DNA of 64,000 bases, from NCBI GenBank assembly GCA_965249725.1, contig CBDFMQ010000002.1, positions 256,001-320,000 of the forward strand, in the 5' to 3' direction. The position numbers and the translations under genes were made by a program. The DNA comes from Longimicrobiales bacterium (GTDB lineage: Bacteria > Gemmatimonadota > Gemmatimonadetes > Longimicrobiales > Gaopeijiaceae). This document shows positions 9,955-19,978 of the stretch, piece after piece (the stretch's first letter is position 1; each line of letters begins with the position of its first letter). The notes beneath the pieces are model-generated. The model ran no database searches and was not told the DNA's origin. It saw nothing but the letters and a program-made list of their open reading frames with translations.

Positions 9955-11320
9955 TCAGGACCAGATCCTCCTGAGGCTCGCACATGTACTCGCCTCCGTT
10001 TTCCGTCACGAGCCCCATCTCCTCGATCGTGATGGACTTGGTCCCCTCCACCCCGTCGTCTTCCGCCGGCCAGACCGCGTTGCCGTCGTAGCCGAACATC
10101 ATGCCGGGCTCGAGCTCACGCAGCTGGTTGCCCCGGGGCGGGGTGCCCGTGTCGTAACCTCCGATGCTGGGACCGACGTCGTGAGCCCAGTATCCCACGG
10201 GGTGGCCCGTGCTCGCCCAGTGGCGGAGTGAGCCGCGCTCTCTCTGCCAGTCGATCTGGACCTTTTCGACTTCCCAGCCCATTGCGCCGGGGCGCATGGC
10301 TTCCAGCATCTTCCGGCTGCTTAGCTTGGCCGTCTCCCAGGAATGTGTGATCTCCTCGGGCGGCTCGGTCTCGCCGGGGCGCAGGACGTACGCGAACCGT
10401 TGGAGGTCGGTATGCCAGATGTCGAACACGGTGACACCGGCGTCGATGTTGATCAGATCACCCGGCTTGATGAGCCGCGCCAGATCGCTCCCACGGCCCC
10501 GATCCAGGCCGGTCGTGATACCGGGATTGCCCCGCCACGAGTGGCCCAGTCCGAGCCCCTCGATGCGATCGCGAATGGTCTGATGCAGCTCGCCGTTGGT
10601 CGTTTGGCCGGGCACCACGGTCAAGAAGGCCTCGCGTTCGATCAGATCGGTGATTTCGGCTGCGGTTCGCAGGATGGCGATCTCGGCGGGGATCTTCACG
10701 CCCAGCCAACGGATGACGAGCTCCTGGGAGGAGGTCAGTCGACCCGACAGCGTGGACCCGAGTGCGGCTCTGAGCGATGCGTCCTGAGTGGAGGTGAGGC
10801 CGTCTGCTGCGGCGAGGTCGCTCCGGTTGACGGCGATGCCTCGAGAGTCCGCCCGCCGGAGTTCCTCGGCCACCGCGGCGAATACGCTTTGGCCGCCTTG
10901 GCGGGCCTCGACCCTGGAGTTCGGATTGCGCTCACGAATCGTGATGACCTCGTTGGGGGACGCGAGGATGACCCGGTCGACACCCTCGGCGGTGCGAAAG
11001 AAGAGGTAGGCGGCGTCGCTGCCGGCGCCCTCTCCCCCGACGTGGATGGCCAGTGGATCGTTGTTGTTTTCCCGGCAGAACACGACCCATGCGTCGACCC
11101 CGGCGGCGTCCATGGCCCCGGGAAGGAGCGTTCGAATTCGTTCCTCTCGGATTTCCGGCCAGGGGTCACCCTCCCTGAGCTCGGCCGCGAGCTGCTCGAT
11201 ACGTCCTTCTGCAGGCTGGTCGACGGGCTCCGCACACGCGAGGAACACCGCCATGGGGACCAGCATCATCACCAGGCGGGCTGAAGCGCGAAGGGGCTGG
11301 GCCGAGGACAGCGCGTTCAT
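9941..11320 (-). CDS. M24 family metallopeptidase, predicted lipoprotein
   Basis: Start ATG 11320 (GGAG RBS); FLAC lipobox; IDAG..TDLQR, GHPVGYWAHD, IEEM. Confidence 0.8.
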   Translation of the reverse strand: MNALSSAQPLRASARLVMMLVPMAVFLACAEPVDQPAEGRIEQLAAELREGDPWPEIREERIRTLLPGAMDAAGVDAWVVFCRENNNDPLAIHVGGEGAGSDAAYLFFRTAEGVDRVILASPNEVITIRERNPNSRVEARQGGQSVFAAVAEELRRADSRGIAVNRSDLAAADGLTSTQDASLRAALGSTLSGRLTSSQELVIRWLGVKIPAEIAILRTAAEITDLIEREAFLTVVPGQTTNGELHQTIRDRIEGLGLGHSWRGNPGITTGLDRGRGSDLARLIKPGDLINIDAGVTVFDIWHTDLQRFAYVLRPGETEPPEEITHSWETAKLSSRKMLEAMRPGAMGWEVEKVQIDWQRERGSLRHWASTGHPVGYWAHDVGPSIGGYDTGTPPRGNQLRELEPGMMFGYDGNAVWPAEDDGVEGTKSITIEEMGLVTENGGEYMCEPQEDLVLISAP

Positions 11321-11543
11321 ACCGATCTCCTTCCTGCGAGCGACTGCGGGGGGGAGGCTAGCATGCGCCAGGGAGAGGCCGTGCGCCAGTCGCTCGATGC
11401 GTCGCGGTTGGCTGGGCGAGCACCCGGCTCGGCCGAGTCTGCGGCACGCCGGTGGCCACGCGGCGTGGAGCGCGGTACTTATGGTCGGTAACGGACGCTG
11501 GTCCGCCCGCAATCTCATCACCATCGGCACAGGATTTCGAGCC

Positions 11544-12875
11544 ATGAGAGCAGTCTATACCACTCTCGCGCTTTCCCTGCTTCTCCCCACCCTCGCCGTG
11601 GCGCAGAGTCTCCCGACGCCCGAGCGCACCCAGCCGGAGAACCGGGTGCTCACGCACCGGGAACAGGCGCCCATCGTCCGCGCCCGAATCGTAAAGCGCT
11701 TCGAGACGGTGCTCCCGGAGTTGATGCGTCGGGAAAGGATCGACATGTGGGTCATGGTCACCCGGGAGTACAACAACGACCCGGTGTTCCAGTCCATGGC
11801 ACCCCTCACCACATACTCCTCGCGTCGGCGGACGATTCTCGTGTTCCACGATCGAGGGGAGGGTCTGGGGGTGGAGCGACTATCGATCGGACGTTCGGAC
11901 TACGATGGGCTGTTCGATGTGGTGCGCACACACAACGACGCCCAGTACGAGGGACTCCGCCAGGTTGTCGAGGACCGGAATCCTGAGACGATCGGGATCA
12001 ACGTCTCGCAGTATTGGAATCACGCCGATGGGCTCACGGCCAACGAACGCGACAACGTGATCGAGGCGCTCGGCCCCGAGTTTTCCTCGCGCCTGACGAC
12101 TGCCGAGATGCTGGCCGTCGGATGGCTGGAGGTGAAGCTCCCCGAAGAGACCGATCAGTACCGCTTCGTCATGCGGATCGCGCATCAGGTGATCGCGGAG
12201 GCGTTCTCTAACCGGGTCATCGTTCCCGGCATCACGACCAGCGAGGACGTCCGTTGGTGGATGCGCCAACGTGTGGCTGAGATGGGCTTGGGACAGTGGT
12301 TCCACCCCTCGGTGAACGTACAGCGGCGTGGTGCCGTGGAAGCCGGGCCCAACGGAGTCGTTATCCAGCGCGGTGACATGCTCCACACGGACTTCGGCAT
12401 CATCCACCTCGGTTACTCCACAGACACGCAGCACAACGCCTATGTGCTGCGGTACGGTGAGACCGATGCGCCCGAGGGTCTCAAGGCCGGCCTGGCCGCG
12501 GCCAATCGCCTACAGGATCTCAACATGGAGTACGCGGAGCTCGGCAGGACGGGGAACGAGGCGTTGGCGGGTGCTCTGGCGCAGGCCGAGCGCGAGGGCC
12601 TGAACGCTACGATCTACTCACACCCGATCGGATACCACGGCCATGGCGCCGGGCCCCCGATCGGCATGACCGACTATCAGGATGGTGTTCCGGTGCGCGG
12701 CGATGCCATGCTGCACCCGAACACGTGGCGGTCCATTGAGCTCAACGTCCGGCACGCTGTGCCCGAATGGGACGGTCAGGAAGTGCGCTTCGCACTTGAG
12801 GAAGACGCCGTGCTCACCGAGAACGGGTGGGAGTGGATCGGCGGGCAGCAGAAAGAGTTCTATCTAATCCGGTAG
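11544..12875 (+). CDS. Secreted M24 family metallopeptidase
   Basis: Start ATG 11544 gives a signal peptide; TDFG..TDTQH, SHPIGYHGHG, SIELN, LEED. Confidence 0.85.
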   Translation: MRAVYTTLALSLLLPTLAVAQSLPTPERTQPENRVLTHREQAPIVRARIVKRFETVLPELMRRERIDMWVMVTREYNNDPVFQSMAPLTTYSSRRRTILVFHDRGEGLGVERLSIGRSDYDGLFDVVRTHNDAQYEGLRQVVEDRNPETIGINVSQYWNHADGLTANERDNVIEALGPEFSSRLTTAEMLAVGWLEVKLPEETDQYRFVMRIAHQVIAEAFSNRVIVPGITTSEDVRWWMRQRVAEMGLGQWFHPSVNVQRRGAVEAGPNGVVIQRGDMLHTDFGIIHLGYSTDTQHNAYVLRYGETDAPEGLKAGLAAANRLQDLNMEYAELGRTGNEALAGALAQAEREGLNATIYSHPIGYHGHGAGPPIGMTDYQDGVPVRGDAMLHPNTWRSIELNVRHAVPEWDGQEVRFALEEDAVLTENGWEWIGGQQKEFYLIR

Positions 12876-13004
12876 CCGGTCGCACTGTCGTGTAGTGCCG
12901 GTGGCGCTCCTTCCGTGGAGCAGATCGTCGAGGCGTTGGCGCCCCAGTAAGAGTCCCCGGTGCGGCCGCTGTACCCCCTTAGGACTCCAGACCGAAGAAG
13001 GTCT

Positions 13005-14231
13005 CTACTGGAGGCGCATCCGCGTTCGAGTACGACGATCGGGTCGGGGGCGACCATCCCCCTGCGCCGAGGACCGCATGGCCTCGAAGAGTTCGATGTG
13101 GTCATCCACCACGCGACGTATCGCCTCTTGATTCGGCTCGAGCGACCAGTCGCCGCGCTCGGACGTGCCACCCAGGATGATGCCGTCGCTGCGAGGCTGC
13201 ATGTGGATGCCGAACCCGCCTGGTTCCCGGGCCCTGCCCGGCACGCCCCCGAAGGTGGCGTAGTCGACCGCGGGCTGGGGCACCAACACGGTGAGTTGCC
13301 CCTTCACGGGCGCAAGCTCTTGGTCGTCGAACAGCGCCTTGGCCCCGAGGCCCGTGCAATTCACGACGACCGTTTCGTCCAGCGCCGCCATGTCCCGGGG
13401 CGAATCGAACTTACGAATCACGACCTGACCTCCACGGAGCAGGAAGTCGTCCATGAGAGCGTCGAGGTAGATGGACGGTTCTATCCGCATGGTCGGTCGG
13501 GCGCTGGCATAGCGCGACGGGAACGGATGCTCGCCTCGTTCCAGGATCACCCGTCCGGGCCGATAGGCTGGAGGGAGGAGTCGCCCGGTGCCCTGCGTCT
13601 GTCCCGCTGCGGGCATCTCGTTCATCATCGAATAGCTGGTGATCCACGAGATGCCGTATTTGGGACCGACCAATAGCTGCAGCTGTTGGTAGGCGACGTC
13701 CACCGCGCTCCTGAACTGGGCGTCCCAATCCAGGGTCCGCCCCCCCACGCTCACGAGCCCCGAGGTCGGGGTGAAGCTGGCCAGAGACATGTTGGAGGTC
13801 GTGTTGGGTGGCACCGCCATGGCGTAGATGGTGACGTCGAAGCCCCTCCGCTGGAGCTGCCTTCCGGTCGTCAGACCGGCGACACCGCTCCCGATCACCG
13901 CCGCCCGGCGGGACTCGTGTTCGACCGCCAGTTCGGCGGCCAGATGTCCGGTGCCCCATGAGAGAGACATTCCGGCTCCACCGTGCCCGTAGTTATGGAC
14001 GAGCGTCTTTTCGTCGAGCTTGTCGGCTTTGACTACGAACCCGGAGCGCCGATGAGGGCGGAGGCCCACCGTGGTGCGGATGACCCGCTCCCACGACGCT
14101 TCGACCTGGGCGAGTGACAGTGGGGCCCGCGCCGATGTAGGTGTAGGTCCCGACCCGGTAGCGCACCCGCTGAAACCCAATCCCAAGACTCCCAGTCCAC
14201 CGGTCTTGAGCATCGTCCGCCTATCCATCAC
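13005..14231 (-). CDS. FAD-dependent D-amino-acid oxidase homologue, Tat lipoprotein, circularly permuted
   Basis: DRRTMLK Tat motif plus FSGC lipobox; VGLRP and HNYGHGGAG precede GSGVAG; VVNCTGLG. Confidence 0.85.
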   Translation of the reverse strand: MMDRRTMLKTGGLGVLGLGFSGCATGSGPTPTSARAPLSLAQVEASWERVIRTTVGLRPHRRSGFVVKADKLDEKTLVHNYGHGGAGMSLSWGTGHLAAELAVEHESRRAAVIGSGVAGLTTGRQLQRRGFDVTIYAMAVPPNTTSNMSLASFTPTSGLVSVGGRTLDWDAQFRSAVDVAYQQLQLLVGPKYGISWITSYSMMNEMPAAGQTQGTGRLLPPAYRPGRVILERGEHPFPSRYASARPTMRIEPSIYLDALMDDFLLRGGQVVIRKFDSPRDMAALDETVVVNCTGLGAKALFDDQELAPVKGQLTVLVPQPAVDYATFGGVPGRAREPGGFGIHMQPRSDGIILGGTSERGDWSLEPNQEAIRRVVDDHIELFEAMRSSAQGDGRPRPDRRTRTRMRLQ

Positions 14232-14268
14232 TCGCCTCTTTCACTTGAAACCTCACCTCAGCGCATCC

Positions 14269-15513
14269 TTAGTCGTTCAAGCGGTTGTATGTCCTGAGTA
14301 TCTCGCGCAGACGGTCGTGTGGGATCGCGTCCGAGCGATTCCCATCTCGGCCGACCATGGTCTCGGCTGCGATCATCGCGTTGATGATGGCCTCCTCGGT
14401 GGCCTCCACGGTGGCCCCGAACAGGGCGCTGATCTGCGAGTTGCTCAGCAGCGCAATCTCTGCGGTGGGGCGGGCGGAAGCCGCGCCGGCGTTGGCCGTC
14501 GAGAACGCCACGAAGATGTCGCCTGAGCCGTTCCCCGAGATGCCTCCGGTCCGCGCCACTCCAAGGGAAGCCCTGCGGGCGATTCTCTTGAGTTGGTGCG
14601 GAAGCAGGGGCGCGTCTGTGGCCACGACGATGATGATGGAGCCCCGGCCCTCCCGCTCGAGATTGATCTCGAACCCGGCAAGGGCGGTGGTCTCGGCCTC
14701 TGCTGCCGTGTCGATGCCGGCTCCACGCTCCTGCTCGCGCGCGAACTCCATTCCGACCGGGACGCCGGCTATGGTCAGCCCCCGCCCGCCGCCGAAGTTC
14801 GCCTGTACGAGCACTCCTACCGTGTAGTCACCTGCGCCAAGGCCCGCTCGGGACGACGTGCCGATGCCGCACTTGAAGCCGAGGCAACGCATGCCGGTGC
14901 CGCCGCCCACGTTACCCTCTTGCACCGGCCCCGAAGTGGCGTTGTCGATCGCACTCCGCAGGTGCTCGCCCTTCACGTGAAAGCCGTTGATGTCGTTGAG
15001 CGAGCCGTCGTAGGTCTCGGCCACTACCGGCAGCGACCAGGGTTGGAAGGCGGTACCGTTCTCCCTCTGCCAGCCGATGATGGCGTCCCTCACGACTCCC
15101 ACGCTGTGGGTGTTGGTGATGGCGATGGGGCCCTCCAGGAAGCCGGACTCCTCGATCCACGTCGTGCCTGTCATTTCACCGTTCCCGTTCAGGGCGAACC
15201 AGCCGCCGAAGACGGGGTCTGCGGGCGCGTCCGCGCGGGGCAGGATGGCAGTGACCCCGGTACGGACCGGCCCCTCACCCACACGCAGCTCCCCATCACC
15301 GCTGATGAGCGTGGTGTGACCCACGTGGATGCCCGCCACATCGGTGATCGCATTGTTCGGACCCGGCGTGCCGGGGAAGGGCACACCGAGGTCGCGGGCG
15401 CGCGGCTTAGCCTGAGCCGAGCCGGCAGCAACCAGGGCGGTGGATCCCAAGACGAACCAAGCCAAGAACGCAGGGCCTAAACGGCCGCACGACAGGGACA
15501 CTTTATGCGTCAT
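14269..15513 (-). CDS. dmpA: P1-family peptidase, DmpA-like L-aminopeptidase/D-amidase
   Basis: RARDLG, NAITDVAG, NGNGEMTG, TNTHSVG, G|SIIIVVATDAPL autocleavage site, GSGDIF; start ATG 15513 with GGAGG. Confidence 0.85.
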   Translation of the reverse strand: MTHKVSLSCGRLGPAFLAWFVLGSTALVAAGSAQAKPRARDLGVPFPGTPGPNNAITDVAGIHVGHTTLISGDGELRVGEGPVRTGVTAILPRADAPADPVFGGWFALNGNGEMTGTTWIEESGFLEGPIAITNTHSVGVVRDAIIGWQRENGTAFQPWSLPVVAETYDGSLNDINGFHVKGEHLRSAIDNATSGPVQEGNVGGGTGMRCLGFKCGIGTSSRAGLGAGDYTVGVLVQANFGGGRGLTIAGVPVGMEFAREQERGAGIDTAAEAETTALAGFEINLEREGRGSIIIVVATDAPLLPHQLKRIARRASLGVARTGGISGNGSGDIFVAFSTANAGAASARPTAEIALLSNSQISALFGATVEATEEAIINAMIAAETMVGRDGNRSDAIPHDRLREILRTYNRLND

Positions 15514-15539
15514 GACGCCCTCCAAACGGAGTAAGTAGG

Positions 15540-16370
15540 TCAAGAAGAACTCGGCAGCACGGCGAAGATCCTCACCTGGCCCCCCGAACCGCCTTCGATC
15601 TTGATCGGGGCTACGATGAGATAGGCGCCCACGGCGGGGACCTGTCCGAGGTTGGCCACGTTTTCGAGATGGAACTTGCCCGATCCGTTCACGATGCCGT
15701 GAACCGGGAAGCCGGGGCCGACACCCGGGTCGATGGAGAGGTTGTCGATGCCGATCCCTTTGATGTCCCGTTCGTTCACCAGGAGCTCCCCGACCTCTGG
15801 GGAGAACCCCGGGAAATGAAGCGTTCCCTCCGAGTCCAGGTTCGGGTACGCCGCGGGGTCCGTGTACTTCTCGGCCCAACCGGTATACAGGAGCACGATG
15901 GCGCCGGGCGGGATGCGACCATGCTCCACTTCCCAGGCCTCCACGTCCGCCACGGTAACGCTGTAGTCGGGATCGGCTGCGGATTGGGTGGCAATGTCGA
16001 TGACCGCCGCCGGCCCGAAGAGATCGTCGGGTGTGAGCTGGTCGACCGACGGCTGCCCTTCCGCCGAATGAACCGGAGCGTCGATATGCGTACCGTGATG
16101 TTCGGGGGTCGAGTACGCCGCCATGGACGGCGATCCGTCCGCGTGGGCTCGAATCGTGTCGTGGGTGAAGGGGTTGCCCGCAGCGCTGGGCCAATACGGG
16201 GTCGTGCTGCTGAGGGCATGGGTGAGGTCGACCACCTGCAGCTCACCGGAGAAGAGCTGTGCGAGCGTATCCGCGGGTGCATCCGCAGAACGGTCACATC
16301 CCGTCAGCGACAACAAGAGCAGTGTCGCGGAGAGCGCTCTGCGCTCGCGCCGAGTCGGCGTATCTGACAT
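15540..16370 (-). CDS. Cyclase / kynurenine-formamidase-family metal hydrolase, lipoprotein
   Basis: HHGTHIDAPVH; GIDNLSID; LENVANL; LTGC lipobox. Confidence 0.85.
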   Translation of the reverse strand: MSDTPTRRERRALSATLLLLSLTGCDRSADAPADTLAQLFSGELQVVDLTHALSSTTPYWPSAAGNPFTHDTIRAHADGSPSMAAYSTPEHHGTHIDAPVHSAEGQPSVDQLTPDDLFGPAAVIDIATQSAADPDYSVTVADVEAWEVEHGRIPPGAIVLLYTGWAEKYTDPAAYPNLDSEGTLHFPGFSPEVGELLVNERDIKGIGIDNLSIDPGVGPGFPVHGIVNGSGKFHLENVANLGQVPAVGAYLIVAPIKIEGGSGGQVRIFAVLPSSS

Positions 16371-16535
16371 GTCGGCCTCGAGAAGAGGGATGGCTCACCG
16401 AATTCCCGTGAACGTGCCGGGCCTCTGGGAGGGCCGCAAGCGGCCGGGCGATGGCCCGTTCGCCCGGAGCCAGTGTCCCGTCTAGATTGTGGAGGACTCC
16501 ACCTCAGGTCCCATGACCCAACGGAGCGGGTACAC

Positions 16536-17738
16536 ATGACCGTTTCTCGTCGCACCTTCGTAGCCGGAGCAGCCACCGCCGCCCTCGCTCGGCCGCTTTC
16601 GCTTCCTGCCCTGACCAGCCAGGTGCCCGATCCTCGGGAGCGCTTCGACCCGTGGTTGGAGATCGATCCCGCGGCGCTCCGATACAATGTCGGCGTCGTC
16701 TCTCGGCTGTCGGGTGGCCGTCCGATCATGGCTGTCATCAAGAACAACGCCTACGGGTTGGGCCTGTCGACGGTAGCGGCCGTGCTCGAGGATCTACCGG
16801 AGATCATGGGATTCGCAGTCGTGAAGACCGATGCCGCGATCGCGCTCCGCGACGCCGGGATTCGTAAACCGGTACTCCTCATGGGCCTGTTCTCGGAGGC
16901 CGATGGGCCGGAGCTTCTGGCTCGGGACATCGACGTGATCTTGGGGACCGACGATGCGGGTGACAGAGTGGTCGCGGCCGCGCGGCGGGCCGGAAAGCCG
17001 GCTCGCGTCCATGCCTACCTCGACACCGGGATGAGCCGCATGGGGATCCCCTACCATAGGGCCCTGCCGTGGTTCGAGAGGATGGGGTCCCTCGGACTCG
17101 AGATGCAGAGCACGTTCATGGCGTTCGCCGAGGAAGCCGAATTCGATCGTGAACAGCTCCGCCGATTCAACGAGGTGACGGGTGCCGCAAAGGCCGCCGG
17201 GGTCGAGCTGGGCGCGCTACACGCGGCCTCGTCCAACGGGGTTTATCACCTTCCCGACGCCCATCTCGATCTGGTCCGTCCTGGATGCGCCCTCTACGGA
17301 GCGTATCCGAGCGACGCGGAGGCTGAGCACGCCATGGCAGAGTTGCATCCTGCCGTGCGGCTCCGGGCACGGGTCGTGAGGGTCGAGCGGCTCCGGGCCG
17401 GTGACAGTGTGAGCTACGGCCGCGGGTACGTGGCCGAGCGGGCGACGTGGGTCGCCACGCTGCCCGTGGGGCACACCGACGGCTATCCGCGGCAGGCCGT
17501 CGAGGGAGCTCAGGTCCTGATCAACGGCGCTTTGTATCCGGCGATCGGGGCGGTGAGCGCGAGCCACACGATCATCGAGCTCGGAGAAGAGCCTTCCGTG
17601 TCCATCGGCGACGTGGTGACGCTCCTGGGGCCTGACGATCCGGCCATCCGACCCAACGCGTTGGCTGCGGCCACGGGTCGATCCGTCTACGACATCTTGA
17701 TGCATCTGAACCCAGCGCTGCCCAAGGTGATCGTTTAG
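16536..17738 (+). CDS. Alanine-racemase-family PLP enzyme with Tat signal
   Basis: SRRTFV Tat motif; AVIKNNAYG (PLP Lys), DTGMSRMG, VRPG, VSYG (catalytic Tyr), GHTDGY. Confidence 0.85.
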   Translation: MTVSRRTFVAGAATAALARPLSLPALTSQVPDPRERFDPWLEIDPAALRYNVGVVSRLSGGRPIMAVIKNNAYGLGLSTVAAVLEDLPEIMGFAVVKTDAAIALRDAGIRKPVLLMGLFSEADGPELLARDIDVILGTDDAGDRVVAAARRAGKPARVHAYLDTGMSRMGIPYHRALPWFERMGSLGLEMQSTFMAFAEEAEFDREQLRRFNEVTGAAKAAGVELGALHAASSNGVYHLPDAHLDLVRPGCALYGAYPSDAEAEHAMAELHPAVRLRARVVRVERLRAGDSVSYGRGYVAERATWVATLPVGHTDGYPRQAVEGAQVLINGALYPAIGAVSASHTIIELGEEPSVSIGDVVTLLGPDDPAIRPNALAAATGRSVYDILMHLNPALPKVIV

Positions 17739-17831
17739 GAGCGGCTACGGCCGCGGCTCCGACCAGGCCCCGCGACCGATGCACGTACGCCATCATCACC
17801 ATGTGACCGACGAGGTCGTACTTCCTTCAGG

Positions 17832-18227
17832 TTAGCGACCGGCGTCCCACGGAACGTCCCGTGCCGGGTCCCTGTGCCACTTCATGTCCCTCTGGTTAGG
17901 GAAGAAGATCGTGCCACCGGCCTCAGGCGTCAGGTAGAAGCGGAACGAGAATATATCGTTCTCGTCGCCCCGGTACTCGATCGAGTAGAGCGGGGGGGCC
18001 TCCTCCCGGTCTATCAGGACTTCCTCGATGGGGTGGACCGCGAACGTGTCGCCACCCTGGTGAAGGTAGAGCAACTCTGAGGTGATCTCGAACGCCCGGT
18101 CAGCGTACGTCTCGGTCTCGGTCGTCCACCGGCCCGTGACGTCGGGGGGCGGCGTCTCGATGGACTCAGGGCCGCACGCGGCAACAGCGGCCACCACGCA
18201 AGCCACCGCAACTATCGCTCGCATCAT
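17832..18227 (-). CDS. Hypothetical lipoprotein
   Basis: VAAC lipobox; 4-bp overlap with the HD-GYP gene. Confidence 0.7.
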   Translation of the reverse strand: MMRAIVAVACVVAAVAACGPESIETPPPDVTGRWTTETETYADRAFEITSELLYLHQGGDTFAVHPIEEVLIDREEAPPLYSIEYRGDENDIFSFRFYLTPEAGGTIFFPNQRDMKWHRDPARDVPWDAGR

Positions 18228-19951
18228 AGGTCCCCCAATCCGACCAACGTCTTGAATGGCCCCACCACCGGCATGGCGAGTAGGGTGGCGTCGCCCGACT
18301 TCATGACCTCCACGAAGGCCTCGACGGCATGCGGGTCGAACTGCGTCCCGGAGTTCCCGACGATCTCCTTGACGCTGTCATCGATGCTGCCGGCCTCTCG
18401 ATACGGTCGGTCGGAGCGTAGCGCGTCGAAGGTGTCGGCCACGGCCAGGATGCGCGCCAGATATGGAATGTCGGTGCCGCCAAGCGCCTCCGGGTATCCA
18501 AACCCGTCGAAGCGCTCATGGTGATGGAGCACGATCGGGAGCACGTCGGCCAGGGGCTTGAGAGGCTCGAGGATGCGTGCGCCGATCGTTACGTGACTCC
18601 GCATGATCTCCATCTCTTCCGCCGTCAGCGCTCCTTCCTTGTCGAGAACGCTCATCGGGATCCCGATCTTGCCGATGTCGTGGAGTAGGCCGCCCCGGTG
18701 CAGACGCTCCTGCTCCTCCTCGGCCAGGCCCATTGTCTGCGCCATCAGCATGGACATCTGGGACACTCGCTCCGAGTGACCTGCCGTCCAATGCGATTTG
18801 GCGTCGATCGTGCGGGCCAAGGTGGTGATGGTGGACCAGTTGAGGTCATCGAGCTCACTGAAGAGGTCCCCCACCTGCTGCGCCATTTCATTGAAGGAGC
18901 CGGCGAGTTCTTCGAATTCGTCTCCGCTCGACACATGGACCCGAGTATCGAAATCCTTGGAGGCGATCCGGCGTGTGCCCTCTCGCAACTTGGCGAGAGG
19001 CTCCATGTTCTGACGGATGATGCCGGCTGCCAGGAGGAGGACGATGGCCAACGTCACCACCAAGAAGCCGATCAGACGCCGCCGGAAGTCGCCCAAACTG
19101 GCAGCGTTCGCCTCTCCGTCATCACCCACCACAACGGTCCAGACCCCTGAGTTGAAGTCTCTGAGGTAGACTCTCCGGTAGTGACCGGAGTAACTCCTGC
19201 CGTTGTGTATCCAGGACGCGGCCCCATGGACCGAGTCTTCGTGGATCAAGAGGCCCTCCGGAGGACCGGCGGTCGTCCATGACGCGAGACCTCCGGTGCA
19301 GGTGAGGGGCTGCATCCTGGCGTCCAGGACGCAGAAGCCCTTCTCGTCCTGGTCGGCGACCTCGTCGGCGGCGACACCCGTCCCATACACTTGGGCCGTG
19401 GACCAGATGCTGTCAGCGATGACCCTCGCCCACAGGATTCCATCTTCGATAGCGGTCGTGTTCCACGCTCTCGCCATGAGGATCTGGCGTTCACCGACTT
19501 CACCCTCCGGCACCACGGTGAGCACGGTTTCACCCCTGGTCAGACCTAAGTACTCTTCCTCGCTCAGCTCCGGGACTCCAACGAGCGACCCTGCCAAGGG
19601 GATGGGCTCTGCATTGGTCTCCAGGACCAGGCTCACTTCATCCAGCCGGCGCAGATCCCCCCGCAGGACCGGTGAGTTGATGCCAGCTCTGACGGCCGGC
19701 GCAAGCACGAAGGTGGCCGCCGAGAGGAAGCTCATCTCGCTCTCGATGGCCTGTACCCGCTCGTAGACGCCCATCGCGGCGTCCGTCGTGCCCTCGTGGA
19801 GCCGCACGTGTGTCTGGTTCTCGAGTTCCGTCCGGACCCTGGCGTAGGATAGAAGCGCCAATGTGGCCGTGGGGATGACGGCGCTGAGGAAGAAGACGGC
19901 GACGATCTTCTTGCCCAGCTTGGTTCGGAAGTGCTCGAGTTCGAAGCTCAT
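18224..19951 (-). CDS. Membrane HAMP + HD-GYP c-di-GMP phosphodiesterase
   Basis: 2 TM with periplasmic domain, HAMP (DEFEELAGSFN), GHSERV, LHDIGK, HHHERFDGFGYP, VADTFDA. Confidence 0.9.
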   Translation of the reverse strand: MSFELEHFRTKLGKKIVAVFFLSAVIPTATLALLSYARVRTELENQTHVRLHEGTTDAAMGVYERVQAIESEMSFLSAATFVLAPAVRAGINSPVLRGDLRRLDEVSLVLETNAEPIPLAGSLVGVPELSEEEYLGLTRGETVLTVVPEGEVGERQILMARAWNTTAIEDGILWARVIADSIWSTAQVYGTGVAADEVADQDEKGFCVLDARMQPLTCTGGLASWTTAGPPEGLLIHEDSVHGAASWIHNGRSYSGHYRRVYLRDFNSGVWTVVVGDDGEANAASLGDFRRRLIGFLVVTLAIVLLLAAGIIRQNMEPLAKLREGTRRIASKDFDTRVHVSSGDEFEELAGSFNEMAQQVGDLFSELDDLNWSTITTLARTIDAKSHWTAGHSERVSQMSMLMAQTMGLAEEEQERLHRGGLLHDIGKIGIPMSVLDKEGALTAEEMEIMRSHVTIGARILEPLKPLADVLPIVLHHHERFDGFGYPEALGGTDIPYLARILAVADTFDALRSDRPYREAGSIDDSVKEIVGNSGTQFDPHAVEAFVEVMKSGDATLLAMPVVGPFKTLVGLGDL

Positions 19952-19978
19952 GCTGCAGACCGTGGGTCCGTAGTCGGA

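Noticed and set aside
11046..11545. Overlapping head-to-head extensions of two M24 genes
   Set aside because: Both genes have better downstream starts with signal peptides (11320 and 11544)
15514..16194. N-terminal extension of DmpA (641-aa ORF)
   Set aside because: Arg-rich off-frame overlap with the cyclase gene; the real start with RBS is 15513
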